A stretch of DNA of 64,000 bases, taken from the NCBI GenBank assembly GCA_965243135.1, contig OZ251539.1:640001-704000 (forward strand). Reading direction: 5' to 3'. This DNA is from Alphaproteobacteria bacterium (lineage in GTDB: Bacteria; Pseudomonadota; Alphaproteobacteria; MPNO01; UBA830). Under the pieces are notes generated by a model, which saw only the letters and a program-made list of their open reading frames with translations, made no database searches and was not told the origin of the DNA. This document shows, one piece after another, positions 1-10,329 of the stretch. A program made the translations under genes and the position numbers. Every line of letters starts with the position of its first letter. Within the stretch, counting starts at the first letter, position 1.

Positions 1-288
1 ATCAAACGCCTTGCATCCCATATCCTCGCACAGGTCGAGCGACGTTTGCCCGACGACTGGGACCGTCGCTACGCGTTGCGTCCAGTCCTGCTCGAGACCT
101 TCTGCGAAACGCGGCGCTTCGAAGGAACCTGCTACCGTGCGGCCAACTGGATCAGGGTCGGCAAAACGCAGGGCCGCGGCAAGCTCGATGTAAAAAACGA
201 GTATGCGCTGCCGGTCAAGGATATCTGGTTGAAGCCCCTGCGGCGGGACTGGAAGAAGATCCTCAATCGCGGACCATCACCCGGGTAG
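1..288 (+). CDS. DUF4338 domain protein, C-terminal part (IS-associated; truncated by window edge)
   Basis: Frame is open from base 1 and reads LASHILAQVERRLPDDW..RPVLLETFC..FEGTCYRAANWIRVGKTQGRGK, the typical DUF4338 C-terminus. A related motif occurs at 55.7-55.9 kb. Confidence 0.8.
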   Translation: MKRLASHILAQVERRLPDDWDRRYALRPVLLETFCETRRFEGTCYRAANWIRVGKTQGRGKLDVKNEYALPVKDIWLKPLRRDWKKILNRGPSPG

Positions 289-300
289 CGAACGCTTACA
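283..300. repeat. IS terminal repeat GGGTAGCGAACGCTTACA (reverse complement begins TGTAAGCG, IS66-like end)
   Basis: Identical 18-mer at 283-300 and 42630-42647. It follows the DUF4338 gene and abuts the truncated transposase. IS66 ends start with GTAA. Confidence 0.6.
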
Positions 301-302
301 TC

Positions 303-1043
303 AGGCTCTAAGAAAGATGGAATAGGAAGAACGATTGCGAACGTAACGCAGCGACGCGACTGTTGCACGATGTGCGGCGGGAGCGTCCGTTTCTGAAGTT
401 GATAGTGGTAGAGGACGGGCTTGCTTCGAATGGCCCTCATCCATCTCAAGGAATTGAATCTTCGATTCATACTGGTCGGCAGCCGAAAGATCATAAATTT
501 TTGTTTGAATTAGTGGACAGATTACCGTTCGTGAAACATGCCGAGTTTTCCGATGAGGAAGGTGTGCAGAACGAATTCATATATCTCAACAAAACACCTC
601 TCAACGACACGAATTTCGACCTCAAGATCGACTTTGTTGAATACTGGAAGAAGCGTCCCGACGGCAGAAAGCAACGCTTTTCTTGGGTTACTGACCTACC
701 GGTTGAAGACCACAACATGGTGGAGATAATGCGCACTGACGTAAACGAGACCTTCAACAACCTGAAGAACCAAGATTACAACTTCGAACACAACCTCGGT
801 CATGGTTACAAGCGTCTGTCGAATGTCCTGGCTTACTTGATGATGCTGGCTTTCCTGCCAGATTTAACAGAGATATTGCAATCTGTTTTAAAGAGCATGA
901 AGGAAAGCCGTGCGTCCCAACTAATTTTGGGAGAAGTTGAGGGCTATGTTCTTCAACTTTTCACTACTAGGATGGGAAGCGCTTTATTGTGCGATAGCGT
1001 ACAAGAATCCGCTTCTGGAACCTTACGATACTTCTTGACATAA
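303..1043 (+). pseudogene. Degenerate, 5'-truncated DDE transposase of the same family as 42951-44236
   Basis: Motifs DVRRERPFLKLIVVEDGLASNGPH, QRFSWVTDLP and NETFNNLKNQDYNFEHNLGHG match the 43.4-44.2 kb copy. Has frameshifts and small deletions. Matching right TIR TTAGCGGGAATTGCTG at 1417-1432. Confidence 0.85.
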
Positions 1044-1182
1044 TACATTTTCAAAGTGTGTAACGGGTTCCTTAGGGGGAAACATAACCAACGAAAGCTC
1101 GGCCATGAATCCGAACGTTAGATGTCTGTCCTGACGGTCGTACCTCCTGCAGAGAAAGTCCTTTGCATTCGGTACGATCACA

Positions 1183-1416
1183 ACAAACGCTCATGATCGG
1201 CGACTGCTCGCCCCGTAGCATGTAACTGGTGGCTTTGCCGGCGTCGCGCCGCTCGCCGACATAACCGTTCCGCGTTCGGGCGTCACGGCGTGAAGACAGG
1301 GCTATACGGGGTCAGCGCCGCAAGACCTCCGAATGGCAAGCGCCGCCGCGAAAAAATCTTCGATTCGCGGAACGATTTTGCGTGGCCGGCAGCTCGGGGT
1401 TAATTACACAGCAAAG
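1183..1416 (+). repeat. Dispersed ~200-250 bp structured repeat, copy 1
   Basis: Reverse-complement match to 15345-15593 and 15055-15262; direct match to 16447-16620. Internal inverted repeat CGTTCCGCG...CGCGGAACG. Confidence 0.85.
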
Positions 1417-2176
1417 TTAGCGGGAATTGCTGTTGTCGCTGTAGCCCCAAGAGGGTTTGGCAGGGGGAGTATTATTTATATCCCCCATTATATGAGCATA
1501 GGGGAATTGAGCGACAACGGCGACACAGCGACGCCGACATCGACGACAACCTTTCGCGGCTGTAATCGGGGGGCAATGACCATCGAGGCCGTACGGCGAG
1601 CTGAGGCCGCGTAGGCGGCCCACAGCGCGAAGGGCGTCTCGAAGCAGACATCGCAGCTTCGGGACGGCAGCGGCGCATGACTTCGGACTCGCGCTCGGGG
1701 TCCGGCTGGACAGCGCTGGATGCGCTGATTGCCGCGCTCGCATCCGGGTACGTCTGAGCGTTCGTTCGGTGGGGCCGGAAGGCGCCTCGCCGCTCCGGTG
1801 AGCACGACATGCCAGCGCTGGGCCAAGTCTCGGCGCATGGGCGGAGGCATCCGCCGAGCAATAGGCCAATAGGCCATGCCAATACGCCAACCACGGTCCA
1901 TTCGGCGCATTGTCGTGGCCCATTTCTCCGTTCCCAAGCCGCTCAACCGAGGATCCCACCGTGGGCTTGTGCAAGGCAAGCAAGGTGACTACGCTGGTTT
2001 TCGGAAACAGCACGCAGGTTCCCGCTTCGTCGGGTCGCCTGTCGAATACCATAGTCTCATGCGTGGCACAGGGTCGCTCCCTGGGTCCAGGCGAATAGGC
2101 AGGGCACTCGCCACTTGCGTGTTGTTTCCAACGGCCCGGCACCCGCCGCGCCGTGGCAATCCAAGGGAGACAGCGC

Positions 2177-4588
2177 ATGTTTGGACGATACCTCGCGGCT
2201 TTCGTGACTATCCTGTTGCTCGCTGCTTGCGGCGGCGGCGGTGGCGGCGGCAACGTGCCGACTACTTCCGCGACGCCGCAGCAACCAACGTTGACACAGC
2301 CCAATCTCGACACCGAGACGCGGGACAGCTACGTCACGCGACTGCAGAAGGTGCAACCGAATCTGCGGTGGGCGAACCTTGCGAACGTTCACGCCAATGC
2401 AGAGGGGCAGGCCCTGACGGGCAATGGGGTGCGGATCGCGATCCACGACACACCGGTGGACATCTTGGAAGACGAGTTCGAAGGGGCAATTGCCACAAGC
2501 GGGGCGAGGTTTACCTACACATATTACCCAAGGTCGGCCTTGAACCTGAGGATACGGCGCGGCGACAGGTTCGCCGAAACATGGACATCTGGCGAATTGT
2601 GCCGCGAAAGTCAGAACTGCGAAATTGTGGGAGAAGTGGCGACCAGCGACGACGTTGCGAGCAAGGCCCGCGAGGTGATCGAGCGGCGCGGATACCCGGA
2701 CGCCGAACAGTTCTGGGTCATCCGGGTCCGGGACGAGGTCGAATTTGGTGCGTGGCAAGTGATCCCCTCGGTGCACGAACAAGACAGCGGTGGAGAGTAC
2801 TTGCGTAACCACGGAACGCTCGTCGCCTCTGCTGCGGCGGGGGATACCTTCGGAGTAGCTCCGGGGGCGGTCATCGTGCCGTACGCGCTAACCTTGGGGA
2901 TCGACACGAGATATGACGGGGGACTTCGGGAGTTGGTGGGTGACGTGCTGGGTGCCGTCCTCAGTGACAGCGGCACGTTCAGCGAGGCGGAGGTCGCCAC
3001 TTTGGATCAGAGCGCGGCGGCGTCCATCACGGAACTTTACCAAGGGGGCGACATCATCAACGAGTCCTATGGATTGACGAGCTTCAATAATTGGGACTTG
3101 GTGCAGCAATACCGGGACGCTTTCCAATACTACGCACGGCTCGGGAGACATTTGCCGAGGACCGTGCAAGCGTTAGCGCAGAGCGGCAGCAGCGACCCCG
3201 CACACAAGACGCTGGTAGTTACGGCGGCGGGCAATGAGGGCAGGGTTGCGCCGCAAGTCGGGGCGGCCGCATCCATTTACTTCCCGGAGTTGCGGGGATT
3301 GCACATAGCGGCCGCAGCGCTGGGGACGGACGGGAGCATCGCATCGTATTCGAACCGATGCGGAGTGCTGCCGGGGCCAAGCACGGGGCGCTATGCATGG
3401 AACCCGGCCGAGCACGGTCCCCATTACTGCATCGCGGCACCGGGTACGGTGAACGCACGCAATGTCGATGGCAGCATGTCGACATCACAAGGCACGTCGT
3501 TTGCGGCACCCGTCGTGAGTGGAGCGCTGGCGCTGATGACCGAAGCTTTCCGGGGCCAGCTGTCGCCCAAGGAGATCGGTCTGCGGATGCTGAGGACCGC
3601 AAACCGGGAAGGGCCATACGGCGATGCCAGCGTCTATGGAGCGGGCGTTCTGGACATCGGTGCCGCCACCCGCCCCATCGGTGCCACGATGACCGGTCTC
3701 GGTGACAGAGCGCCCAGCGTCGCGACCTATGTCATTACGCCCAGTGCTTGGGGCAATGTGGGTGCTAGGCTTCGGGGCAGCGAGATCGCCTCCTTTGACG
3801 AATGGAACGCCCCGTTCTGGTCGGATCTCGGGGAAAGGTTCGTTGTTAGCGCCGACATGTGGGCGCTTCCCCGGCCGCAAACGAAAGGCGAGGACGGTGA
3901 TGTCCCGCTGCCGCATCTCGCGTGGGTAGGGGAAGAGAACGCGACGCGCAACCCCCACGGGCTGCGATTTACTTGGGGAACAAATGCACACAGGACGGGG
4001 GCACCGATCAATACGTTCGGAATGTCGGCCGCTCCGTTCCAAGCTCCCTATCGTTTCAGCTTCGTCCACGAGAGGAGGACAAACCACGGTGCGCGGCCCA
4101 GCGGAGCGTTCGGCACGAAGGTGCATTCGACGATGCTGTTTGTGTCGAGGGAGCATGCCTTCGCCTTCGGCGAAGGTCCGTTCGCAGCAGAGCTGGCTTG
4201 GACTGTGGCGTCCGGACAAGCCGATTACGAAAAGAGATCGATGCTGAAGACGAGCGGAGCGCTTTACAGCGCTGGCCAAGCGACGATAGTGCATCGGGGC
4301 GAAGGGCATGAAAGCCGACTCGGCATCGCGCAGCCGCTGCGGGCGGAGACGGGCCATGGTGCAGTGACGCGCCCGGTCGGCCGAACTCTCGACGGGGCAT
4401 GGCTATATCAAACGCAGAATTTTCGTCTGGCACCGGACAGGCGGGAAGTGCGGCTAACGCTGCGCCACGACCACGACCTCGGACGTGAGGGCAAACTGAG
4501 CATCGAAGCGGGACACGCTTTCGACGCGGGGCACCGCCGGGGCCGCCAAGCCTCGTTCGTGGGCTTGGGGTATCTGCTTAAATGGTGA
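2177..4588 (+). CDS. S8 (subtilisin-like) serine peptidase, lipoprotein, with C-terminal beta-rich domain
   Basis: Lipobox LAAC followed by a Gly linker. Motifs IAIHDT, HGTLVAS, AAGNE and GTSFAAPVVSG. RBS AAGGGAG before ATG 2177. Ends in aromatic W. Confidence 0.9.
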   Translation: MFGRYLAAFVTILLLAACGGGGGGGNVPTTSATPQQPTLTQPNLDTETRDSYVTRLQKVQPNLRWANLANVHANAEGQALTGNGVRIAIHDTPVDILEDEFEGAIATSGARFTYTYYPRSALNLRIRRGDRFAETWTSGELCRESQNCEIVGEVATSDDVASKAREVIERRGYPDAEQFWVIRVRDEVEFGAWQVIPSVHEQDSGGEYLRNHGTLVASAAAGDTFGVAPGAVIVPYALTLGIDTRYDGGLRELVGDVLGAVLSDSGTFSEAEVATLDQSAAASITELYQGGDIINESYGLTSFNNWDLVQQYRDAFQYYARLGRHLPRTVQALAQSGSSDPAHKTLVVTAAGNEGRVAPQVGAAASIYFPELRGLHIAAAALGTDGSIASYSNRCGVLPGPSTGRYAWNPAEHGPHYCIAAPGTVNARNVDGSMSTSQGTSFAAPVVSGALALMTEAFRGQLSPKEIGLRMLRTANREGPYGDASVYGAGVLDIGAATRPIGATMTGLGDRAPSVATYVITPSAWGNVGARLRGSEIASFDEWNAPFWSDLGERFVVSADMWALPRPQTKGEDGDVPLPHLAWVGEENATRNPHGLRFTWGTNAHRTGAPINTFGMSAAPFQAPYRFSFVHERRTNHGARPSGAFGTKVHSTMLFVSREHAFAFGEGPFAAELAWTVASGQADYEKRSMLKTSGALYSAGQATIVHRGEGHESRLGIAQPLRAETGHGAVTRPVGRTLDGAWLYQTQNFRLAPDRREVRLTLRHDHDLGREGKLSIEAGHAFDAGHRRGRQASFVGLGYLLKW

Positions 4589-4875
4589 GGAAGGCGCGAT
4601 GGGCGCTGCTGGTGCCCGTGATGGCATCGGCATGTGCATTGCATCGTGACGAGTCGCCGCGGCCGGTGGCCGAAACGCCGTTCGGAGAGGTGCCGCTGAT
4701 GGTCGGCGGCCCTCCAGACGCTGACGGTTGCCCCACGTTCACGAAATACTGGCCGCGAGGGGCGGTGGACATGGCGGTCTACTTCCTGCGGTCTGACGGC
4801 GGCTTCACGAAGGATCGTAGCCAGAGCGTGTGCGCGGAAGCAAAGATGGACGCACCAGCACCCGAGCAGCAATAA
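4582..4875 (+). CDS. Small putative lipoprotein
   Basis: Overlaps the S8 stop codon. Basic N-terminus, hydrophobic stretch and ASAC lipobox-like motif. Confidence 0.55.
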   Translation: MVRKARWALLVPVMASACALHRDESPRPVAETPFGEVPLMVGGPPDADGCPTFTKYWPRGAVDMAVYFLRSDGGFTKDRSQSVCAEAKMDAPAPEQQ

Positions 4876-5126
4876 CGTGGGCATGGCGGACGTGTGGCTG
4901 TGCAGGGATATTCAAGGAATGAGCGTCAAAACTCGGGCTTCGCAGCGCGGGAAGCCTGCCCTCGTTCTTCTCGGAGACCGGTGGGCGCACGGCGCATCGC
5001 CGTCGGGCGGGCGTGCGGAAGCCGCTTGACCGGCTTCCGCGGCGCAAGATGCCCGGCGCGCTGCGGACTTGAACCCGACATGGACGGCGGATACCCTGAC
5101 GGCGAGCGAAACTGCCGGACTGCGCG

Positions 5127-7871
5127 ATGCCCCCAAGGATCAAGGACAGGAAGAAGGTTCCCGTCTACTGCTACCAATGCGTGGCGGGGCCGGATTTGAT
5201 GCAGGTCGAGGTCGAGGACGGCATCGCGACCCGAATCGAGTCGAATTACGCCGTCGCCGGCAGCCACCCGGGGGGCGGACGGGTTTGCGTGAAGGCCTAC
5301 GGGCTGATCCAGAAGACCTATAACCCGAACCGGGTCGCGTCCCCGATGAAGCGCACGAATCCAAGGAAGGGGCGCGGGGAGGATCCGGGGTTCGTGCCGA
5401 TCTCGTGGGACGAGGCGCTCGATATCGTCGCGGGCAGGATGCGGGATATCCGCGCCAAGGGGCTGAAGGACGAAAGCGGCTTTCCCAAGCTCGCGGTTTC
5501 GTTCGGGGGCGGCGGCACGCCGACCCAGTACATGGGCACGTTTCCGGCGTTTCTCTCCGCCTGGGGAGCCGTCGATCTCGGCTTCGGCGGCGGCCAGGGC
5601 GTCAAATGCTACCACTCGGAGCATCTGTACGGCGAACTCTGGCACCGGGCCTTCATCGTCTCGCCCGATACCCCCTATTGCAATTACGTCATCAACTGCG
5701 GAAACAACGTGGAGGCGTCCGGGGGGGTCGCAGGCGTGTGGCGGCAGGCCGATGCGCGGGTGCGCGGACTGAAGCGCGTTCAGGTGGAACCCCATCTGTC
5801 GATTACCGGCGCGTTGTCCGCCGAATGGATTCCGATCAAGCCCAAAACCGATGCGGCGTTTCTGTTCGCGCTGATCCACCGCATGATCTGCGAGCGCGAC
5901 TGGCGCGAGACCTGCGACGTCCGGGCGCTCAAGGAGGACACGACCTCGCCCTATCTGGTGGGGCCGAACGGATACTACCTGCGGGATCGAGAGACCCGGA
6001 AACCGTTGATCCGCGATGCGGCCGACGGTGCGGACAAGACTTGGGATTGTCCCGTCGCCGATGCCGTGCTCGACGAGGTTTGCGTCGCTTCGGGCGTCGA
6101 GGAGGGCCCCGACGGCGCGGTATGGGAACACGATCGGGTCGAGGTCCGCCCGGCGTTTCTGCTGTTGCTCGAGCGCATGGCCGGCTTCACGCCGGAATGG
6201 GCGGAAGCGGAATGCGACGTTCCGGCCTCGAAAATCCGGCAGGTCGCGGACGAATACGTGGCGCATGCCTGCATCGGCGAGACGATCGAGATCGAAGGCG
6301 TCGAGATGCCCTTCCGGCCCGTGGCGGTGATGCTCGGCAAGGGCGTGAACAACGGATGGGGCGGATACCAGACCTGTTGGGCGCGAACGCTGCTCGCGGC
6401 CCTGGTCGGGGCGCTGGAAGTGCCCGGCGGCACGCTGGGAACGGCGGTCAAGCTCAACCGCCCGGCCGACAACCGCCTCAAGACGGTGCAGCCGACCCTG
6501 GACGGGGTGATCGATTATCCGTTCAACCCCACGACGGAAGACGCTTGGCTCGCGGACCCGCATATCCGCAACGCCTACAGGACGCTGGTGCCGCTTGCCG
6601 CGAATTCGGCGTGGTCGCCTGCGCTCGGTCCGGCGCATCTGCCGTGGCTGTTCCAGAAGAGCAATCCGGCGCACTGGCCGCAGCAGACCAAGCCGGAGAT
6701 GTGGATCAATTACCGCACCAACCCGGCCATCTCGTCGTGGAACGCGCCCGAGGTCGCGGAGCGGATCGCGGAATTTCCGTTCACGGTCTCATTCGCCTAC
6801 ACGCGGGACGAAACGAATCACATGGCGGACATCGTGCTGCCGGACTGCACGGACCTGGAAAGCCTGCAACTCATCCAGATCGGATCCACGAAATTCACCG
6901 AGCAGTACTGGAAGCATCAGGGCTGGGCGATCCGCCAGCCGGCGGTCGAGCCCCAGGTCGACGCCATGGATTTCACCGACATCGCGACGGCGCTGGCGGA
7001 ACGGGTGGGGATCCTCGAGGACTACAACCGCGCGATCAACCGGGGCGCCGCGGGCGCGCGGCTGCAGACCGACGGGTTCGACTACGGCATCGATCCGGCC
7101 GTGCCGCATGCGCGCGAGGAAATCTGGGAGTCCGTGTGCAAGGCGGCGAGTCACGGCCTGACCGGCGGCGAGGAGGTCCGCGGCCTCGACTGGTTCCGGG
7201 AGAACGGCTTTATGCTGAGGCCGTTCCCGCAGCTTCAATGGTATCTCTACCCCGCTCTGAAGGAAAAGGGATTGCGCTTCGAGATGCCCTATCAGGAGCG
7301 CATCAAGCGGCATGGCGCCCAGCTCGCCAACCGCCTGCACGGGATCGGTATCGACTGGTGGGAGAAGCAGCTGGAGGAATACGAGCCGCTGCCCGGCTAC
7401 AAGCGGTTCCCCGACATCTGGACCGAGTACGTGAGGGAGGCCGGGGGCGACCCCGACGACTATCCGTTCTTCGCGCTCACGGCGCGGTCGATGCAGTATT
7501 CCTGGGGGGCCAACGTGGGCATACCGCTGATCAACGAGGTCGCCGACAACATTGCCGGTCACAGGGGGGTCGTGATCAACCGCGCGCGGGCGAAGGCGCT
7601 CGGGATCGCGGACGGAGACGAGGTGAAAATCGAGTCGGTGACCGGCGCGACGCAGGGCCGGGCGGTGCTGCGCGAAGGCATCCGGCCCGACACCGTCCTG
7701 ATGATCGGGCAGTTCGACCACTGGGCGACGCCGTACGCGAAGGACCTCGGACTTCCGAGTCTGAATTCGGTGACCGCCCTGTCGCTTTCGCTCACCGATG
7801 CGACGGGTTCCAGCGCCGACCTCGCGCGGGTGAGGCTTCGCAAGGCGGCGGACGAAAGGCGGGCCGCGTGA
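5127..7871 (+). CDS. padB: Molybdopterin (Mo-bisPGD) oxidoreductase large subunit, resembling phenylacetyl-CoA:acceptor oxidoreductase PadB
   Basis: N-terminal CYQCVAGPD...CVK Fe-S motif, PMKRTNP..ISWDEAL, ET.HMADIVLP and a C-terminal molydopterin-binding domain. No Tat signal. The Mo enzyme family is secure; PadB specificity is from recalled similarity. Confidence 0.7.
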   Translation: MPPRIKDRKKVPVYCYQCVAGPDLMQVEVEDGIATRIESNYAVAGSHPGGGRVCVKAYGLIQKTYNPNRVASPMKRTNPRKGRGEDPGFVPISWDEALDIVAGRMRDIRAKGLKDESGFPKLAVSFGGGGTPTQYMGTFPAFLSAWGAVDLGFGGGQGVKCYHSEHLYGELWHRAFIVSPDTPYCNYVINCGNNVEASGGVAGVWRQADARVRGLKRVQVEPHLSITGALSAEWIPIKPKTDAAFLFALIHRMICERDWRETCDVRALKEDTTSPYLVGPNGYYLRDRETRKPLIRDAADGADKTWDCPVADAVLDEVCVASGVEEGPDGAVWEHDRVEVRPAFLLLLERMAGFTPEWAEAECDVPASKIRQVADEYVAHACIGETIEIEGVEMPFRPVAVMLGKGVNNGWGGYQTCWARTLLAALVGALEVPGGTLGTAVKLNRPADNRLKTVQPTLDGVIDYPFNPTTEDAWLADPHIRNAYRTLVPLAANSAWSPALGPAHLPWLFQKSNPAHWPQQTKPEMWINYRTNPAISSWNAPEVAERIAEFPFTVSFAYTRDETNHMADIVLPDCTDLESLQLIQIGSTKFTEQYWKHQGWAIRQPAVEPQVDAMDFTDIATALAERVGILEDYNRAINRGAAGARLQTDGFDYGIDPAVPHAREEIWESVCKAASHGLTGGEEVRGLDWFRENGFMLRPFPQLQWYLYPALKEKGLRFEMPYQERIKRHGAQLANRLHGIGIDWWEKQLEEYEPLPGYKRFPDIWTEYVREAGGDPDDYPFFALTARSMQYSWGANVGIPLINEVADNIAGHRGVVINRARAKALGIADGDEVKIESVTGATQGRAVLREGIRPDTVLMIGQFDHWATPYAKDLGLPSLNSVTALSLSLTDATGSSADLARVRLRKAADERRAA

Positions 7872-7920
7872 AGTGCGCCGGTTCCGCCGCGGCGCGCCGT
7901 TTTCCGGGAGCGGAACGCCG

Positions 7921-9525
7921 GTGACGGAAAGCGCCCCCAGATGGGGCATGGTGGTCGACCTCAACCGCTGCGTCGGCTGCCAAACCTGCACCATCGCCTG
8001 CAAGCACGCGAACGACACGCCGCCCGGCGTCCAATGGCGCCGCGTGCTGGACGTGGAGCGCGGAACGTTTCCGGATGTGGAGCGGGTGTTCATGGTGGTC
8101 GGCTGCCAGCATTGCGCCGAGCCGCCCTGCGTCCCCGTTTGCCCGACCGGAGCCACGCGGCAGCGCGCGGACGGCCTGGTGACCATGAGCTATGACGCCT
8201 GCATCGGTTGCGGGTATTGCGCGGTCGCCTGCCCGTATCAGGCGCGCACGATAGGGCATGACCGGGAATGGTATTACGGCGAGACGACGGCGCAGGAAGA
8301 GCATGTCTTCCACGACGAGCGCGTCGGCGTCGCCAGCAAGTGCACGTTCTGCGTCGAGCGGATCGACGAAGCGGCGGAGGAGGGCAAACGGCCCGGGGTC
8401 GATCCGGAGTACACCCCGGCCTGTTCTTCGGCCTGCATCGCGCAGGCGATTCATTTCGGGGATTTCAACGATTCCGGCAGCAACGTCTCGCAGCTTGCGG
8501 CGGAGAACAATTCCTTCCGGATGCACGAGGAACTCGGCACCGAACCGCAGATCAGATACCTCTACGAGGTGCCGAACGCGATGCCGGGCCGCGACCCGGC
8601 GCCGGGCGACCTCGAGGGCGCGGACGATCCCGCCGATCCCCTCGTCGGTCCGAAGCAGACTTTCTGGGATTTCCGGGCGGCGATGAACTTCGTCATGGGG
8701 GGGATGTCGACGGGCCTCGCGGTGCTGGCCGCGCTCGCGCATTTCTTCGCCGGCTTGCCGGAAGCCGCGCTCTTGCATCTCTACGCCGTCGCCGGGGCCG
8801 GGATGGCGGTCGGCCTGTTCTTCGTCTTCATGGAGATCGGCCGCAAATTCCGGTTCCTGCGCGTTCTCATGCGTCCGCAATCCTCATGGATGACGCGCGA
8901 GACCTATGCGGTCGCGATCTTCTATCCGGCCCTTCTCGTCGACCTGATCCGGCCGCACTTGGCGCTTCATCTTCTGGTGGCGCTCGCCGCGCTCCTGTTT
9001 CTGTATTGCCAGGCCCGCATTCTGCACGCCGCGAAGGGGATACCGTCCTGGCGCGCGGACCTGATCCCGACCATGCTCGTCATGACCGGTTTGCTCGAAG
9101 GGGCGGGGCTTCTGGCGGTCGCGGCGGGTCTCGCGCCGGCTGCGATCGCCCTGCCCGCGGTGCCTGTCGCCCTCTGCGGCGTCGTTCTCGTCGCGATCAA
9201 TGCGTTGCTCTGGCGTCGCTATGTCGCCGTTGCCGAAAGCGGCGGCGTCCCGCCCCTGTCGCGCGTCGAACTTCGCCGGATAACGCCGGCGCTGCTCGTC
9301 GTCGGCCATTTGGCGCCGCTGATCCTGTTTGCGCTCTCGCCGTGGTTGGGCGCGTTGTCGGCGGCGACCGCCGGCGCAACCTGCGTTGCGGGCGGGATCC
9401 TGTGGAAATTCACCGTCGTGACCCGAGCCTGCCATCAGCAAGGCTTTTCGCTTCCGAAAATGCCGCAGCGCGGCTCCGGCGAGCGCGCCGCGCCGCCGCG
9501 ATTGGCGGGTATTCGGCCGCCGTAG
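7921..9525 (+). CDS. 4Fe-4S dicluster subunit fused to a DmsC/NrfD-type membrane anchor (PadC-PadD-like fusion)
   Basis: Cys clusters CVGCQTCTIAC, CQHCAEPPCVPVCP, CIGCGYCAVACP and CTFC..C..AC, followed by multiple TM helices with an RPQSSWMTRE motif. Confidence 0.85.
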   Translation: MTESAPRWGMVVDLNRCVGCQTCTIACKHANDTPPGVQWRRVLDVERGTFPDVERVFMVVGCQHCAEPPCVPVCPTGATRQRADGLVTMSYDACIGCGYCAVACPYQARTIGHDREWYYGETTAQEEHVFHDERVGVASKCTFCVERIDEAAEEGKRPGVDPEYTPACSSACIAQAIHFGDFNDSGSNVSQLAAENNSFRMHEELGTEPQIRYLYEVPNAMPGRDPAPGDLEGADDPADPLVGPKQTFWDFRAAMNFVMGGMSTGLAVLAALAHFFAGLPEAALLHLYAVAGAGMAVGLFFVFMEIGRKFRFLRVLMRPQSSWMTRETYAVAIFYPALLVDLIRPHLALHLLVALAALLFLYCQARILHAAKGIPSWRADLIPTMLVMTGLLEGAGLLAVAAGLAPAAIALPAVPVALCGVVLVAINALLWRRYVAVAESGGVPPLSRVELRRITPALLVVGHLAPLILFALSPWLGALSAATAGATCVAGGILWKFTVVTRACHQQGFSLPKMPQRGSGERAAPPRLAGIRPP

Positions 9526-9977
9526 GCGAGTCAGGCGCCGTCAGCCGAACGGTCCCGAAACCGGTCATCGCTTGAGGCGCGGCTCGTAGCGCCCCCCGGG
9601 CTTCCGCAATCGCTGGGTCCTGCACATGGCAAGCCGTCCGTATGGCCTTGGCGAGATTCCAACGAATTTCATAGGGGTTGCGGGCTCATTCGTTGGGACT
9701 TGGATCGGTCCCGGCGCCAAGCCGCGCGAGCAGCATCTCGGTTACGCGAGCAGGTCGAACGCGCCGAGCGCCGTCCAGGCGAGGTAAAGGTCGCCACCCT
9801 CGGGCGGCGCCACGTGCAGATGTCCGCCGACCGCGGCAACATCCGCTGGCCGTCCTACTTCCACAGGACCACCACAGGAGACCGCACCGACGTTGACCCA
9901 CCCTACCATCGACAAGCTCCACCGGCCGCGCTGCGCGAACTCCCGACGTCTTCAAGATGACGGATTGCAGCACGATG

Positions 9978-10011
9978 TGGATATGATAATATCCATAATA
10001 GCGAATTATGG
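9978..10011. promoter_or_regulatory. Operator-like palindromes upstream of the hipBA-like operon
   Basis: TGGATAT-N4-ATATCCA (9978-9995) and CCATAAT-N5-ATTATGG (9993-10011) in an AT-rich patch just before the HTH gene. Confidence 0.5.
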
Positions 10012-10026
10012 GATTTAAGGGCTATC

Positions 10027-10329
10027 ATGGTATCTTTTGTTTTTCCGTCGGCCGAGGAAATCTCCAGCGGTCTCGCGGCGAAGTTGCGGCAACGGCGTCT
10101 CGACGAGCGCCTTACCCAGGAAGGACTTTCCAGACGTTCGGGCGTCTCTCTGGGAACGCTGAAGAAATTCGAACGCACGGGACGGATCTCGCTGGTCTCT
10201 TTCGTCAGTCTGGTTATCGCGCTGCGGGAAGAAAGAGCGTTCGAGAACTTTCTGCAGGAGCGGAAATTCGAAACTCTCGAACAGGTTCTGGCGACGCCAA
10301 AGAAACCCAAACGGGGGCACATAACGTGA
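10027..10329 (+). CDS. XRE-family HTH antitoxin (HipB-like)
   Basis: LTQEGLSRRSGVSLGTLKKFERTG HTH; GTGA overlap with the hipA-like gene. Confidence 0.85.
   Translation: MVSFVFPSAEEISSGLAAKLRQRRLDERLTQEGLSRRSGVSLGTLKKFERTGRISLVSFVSLVIALREERAFENFLQERKFETLEQVLATPKKPKRGHIT

Noticed and set aside
1-288. Druantia defence system (DUF4338)
   Set aside because: Both DUF4338 copies are IS-associated and no DruE-like helicase is present.
9640-9960. Possible transposase fragment upstream of hipB
   Set aside because: No motif could be confidently recognised.
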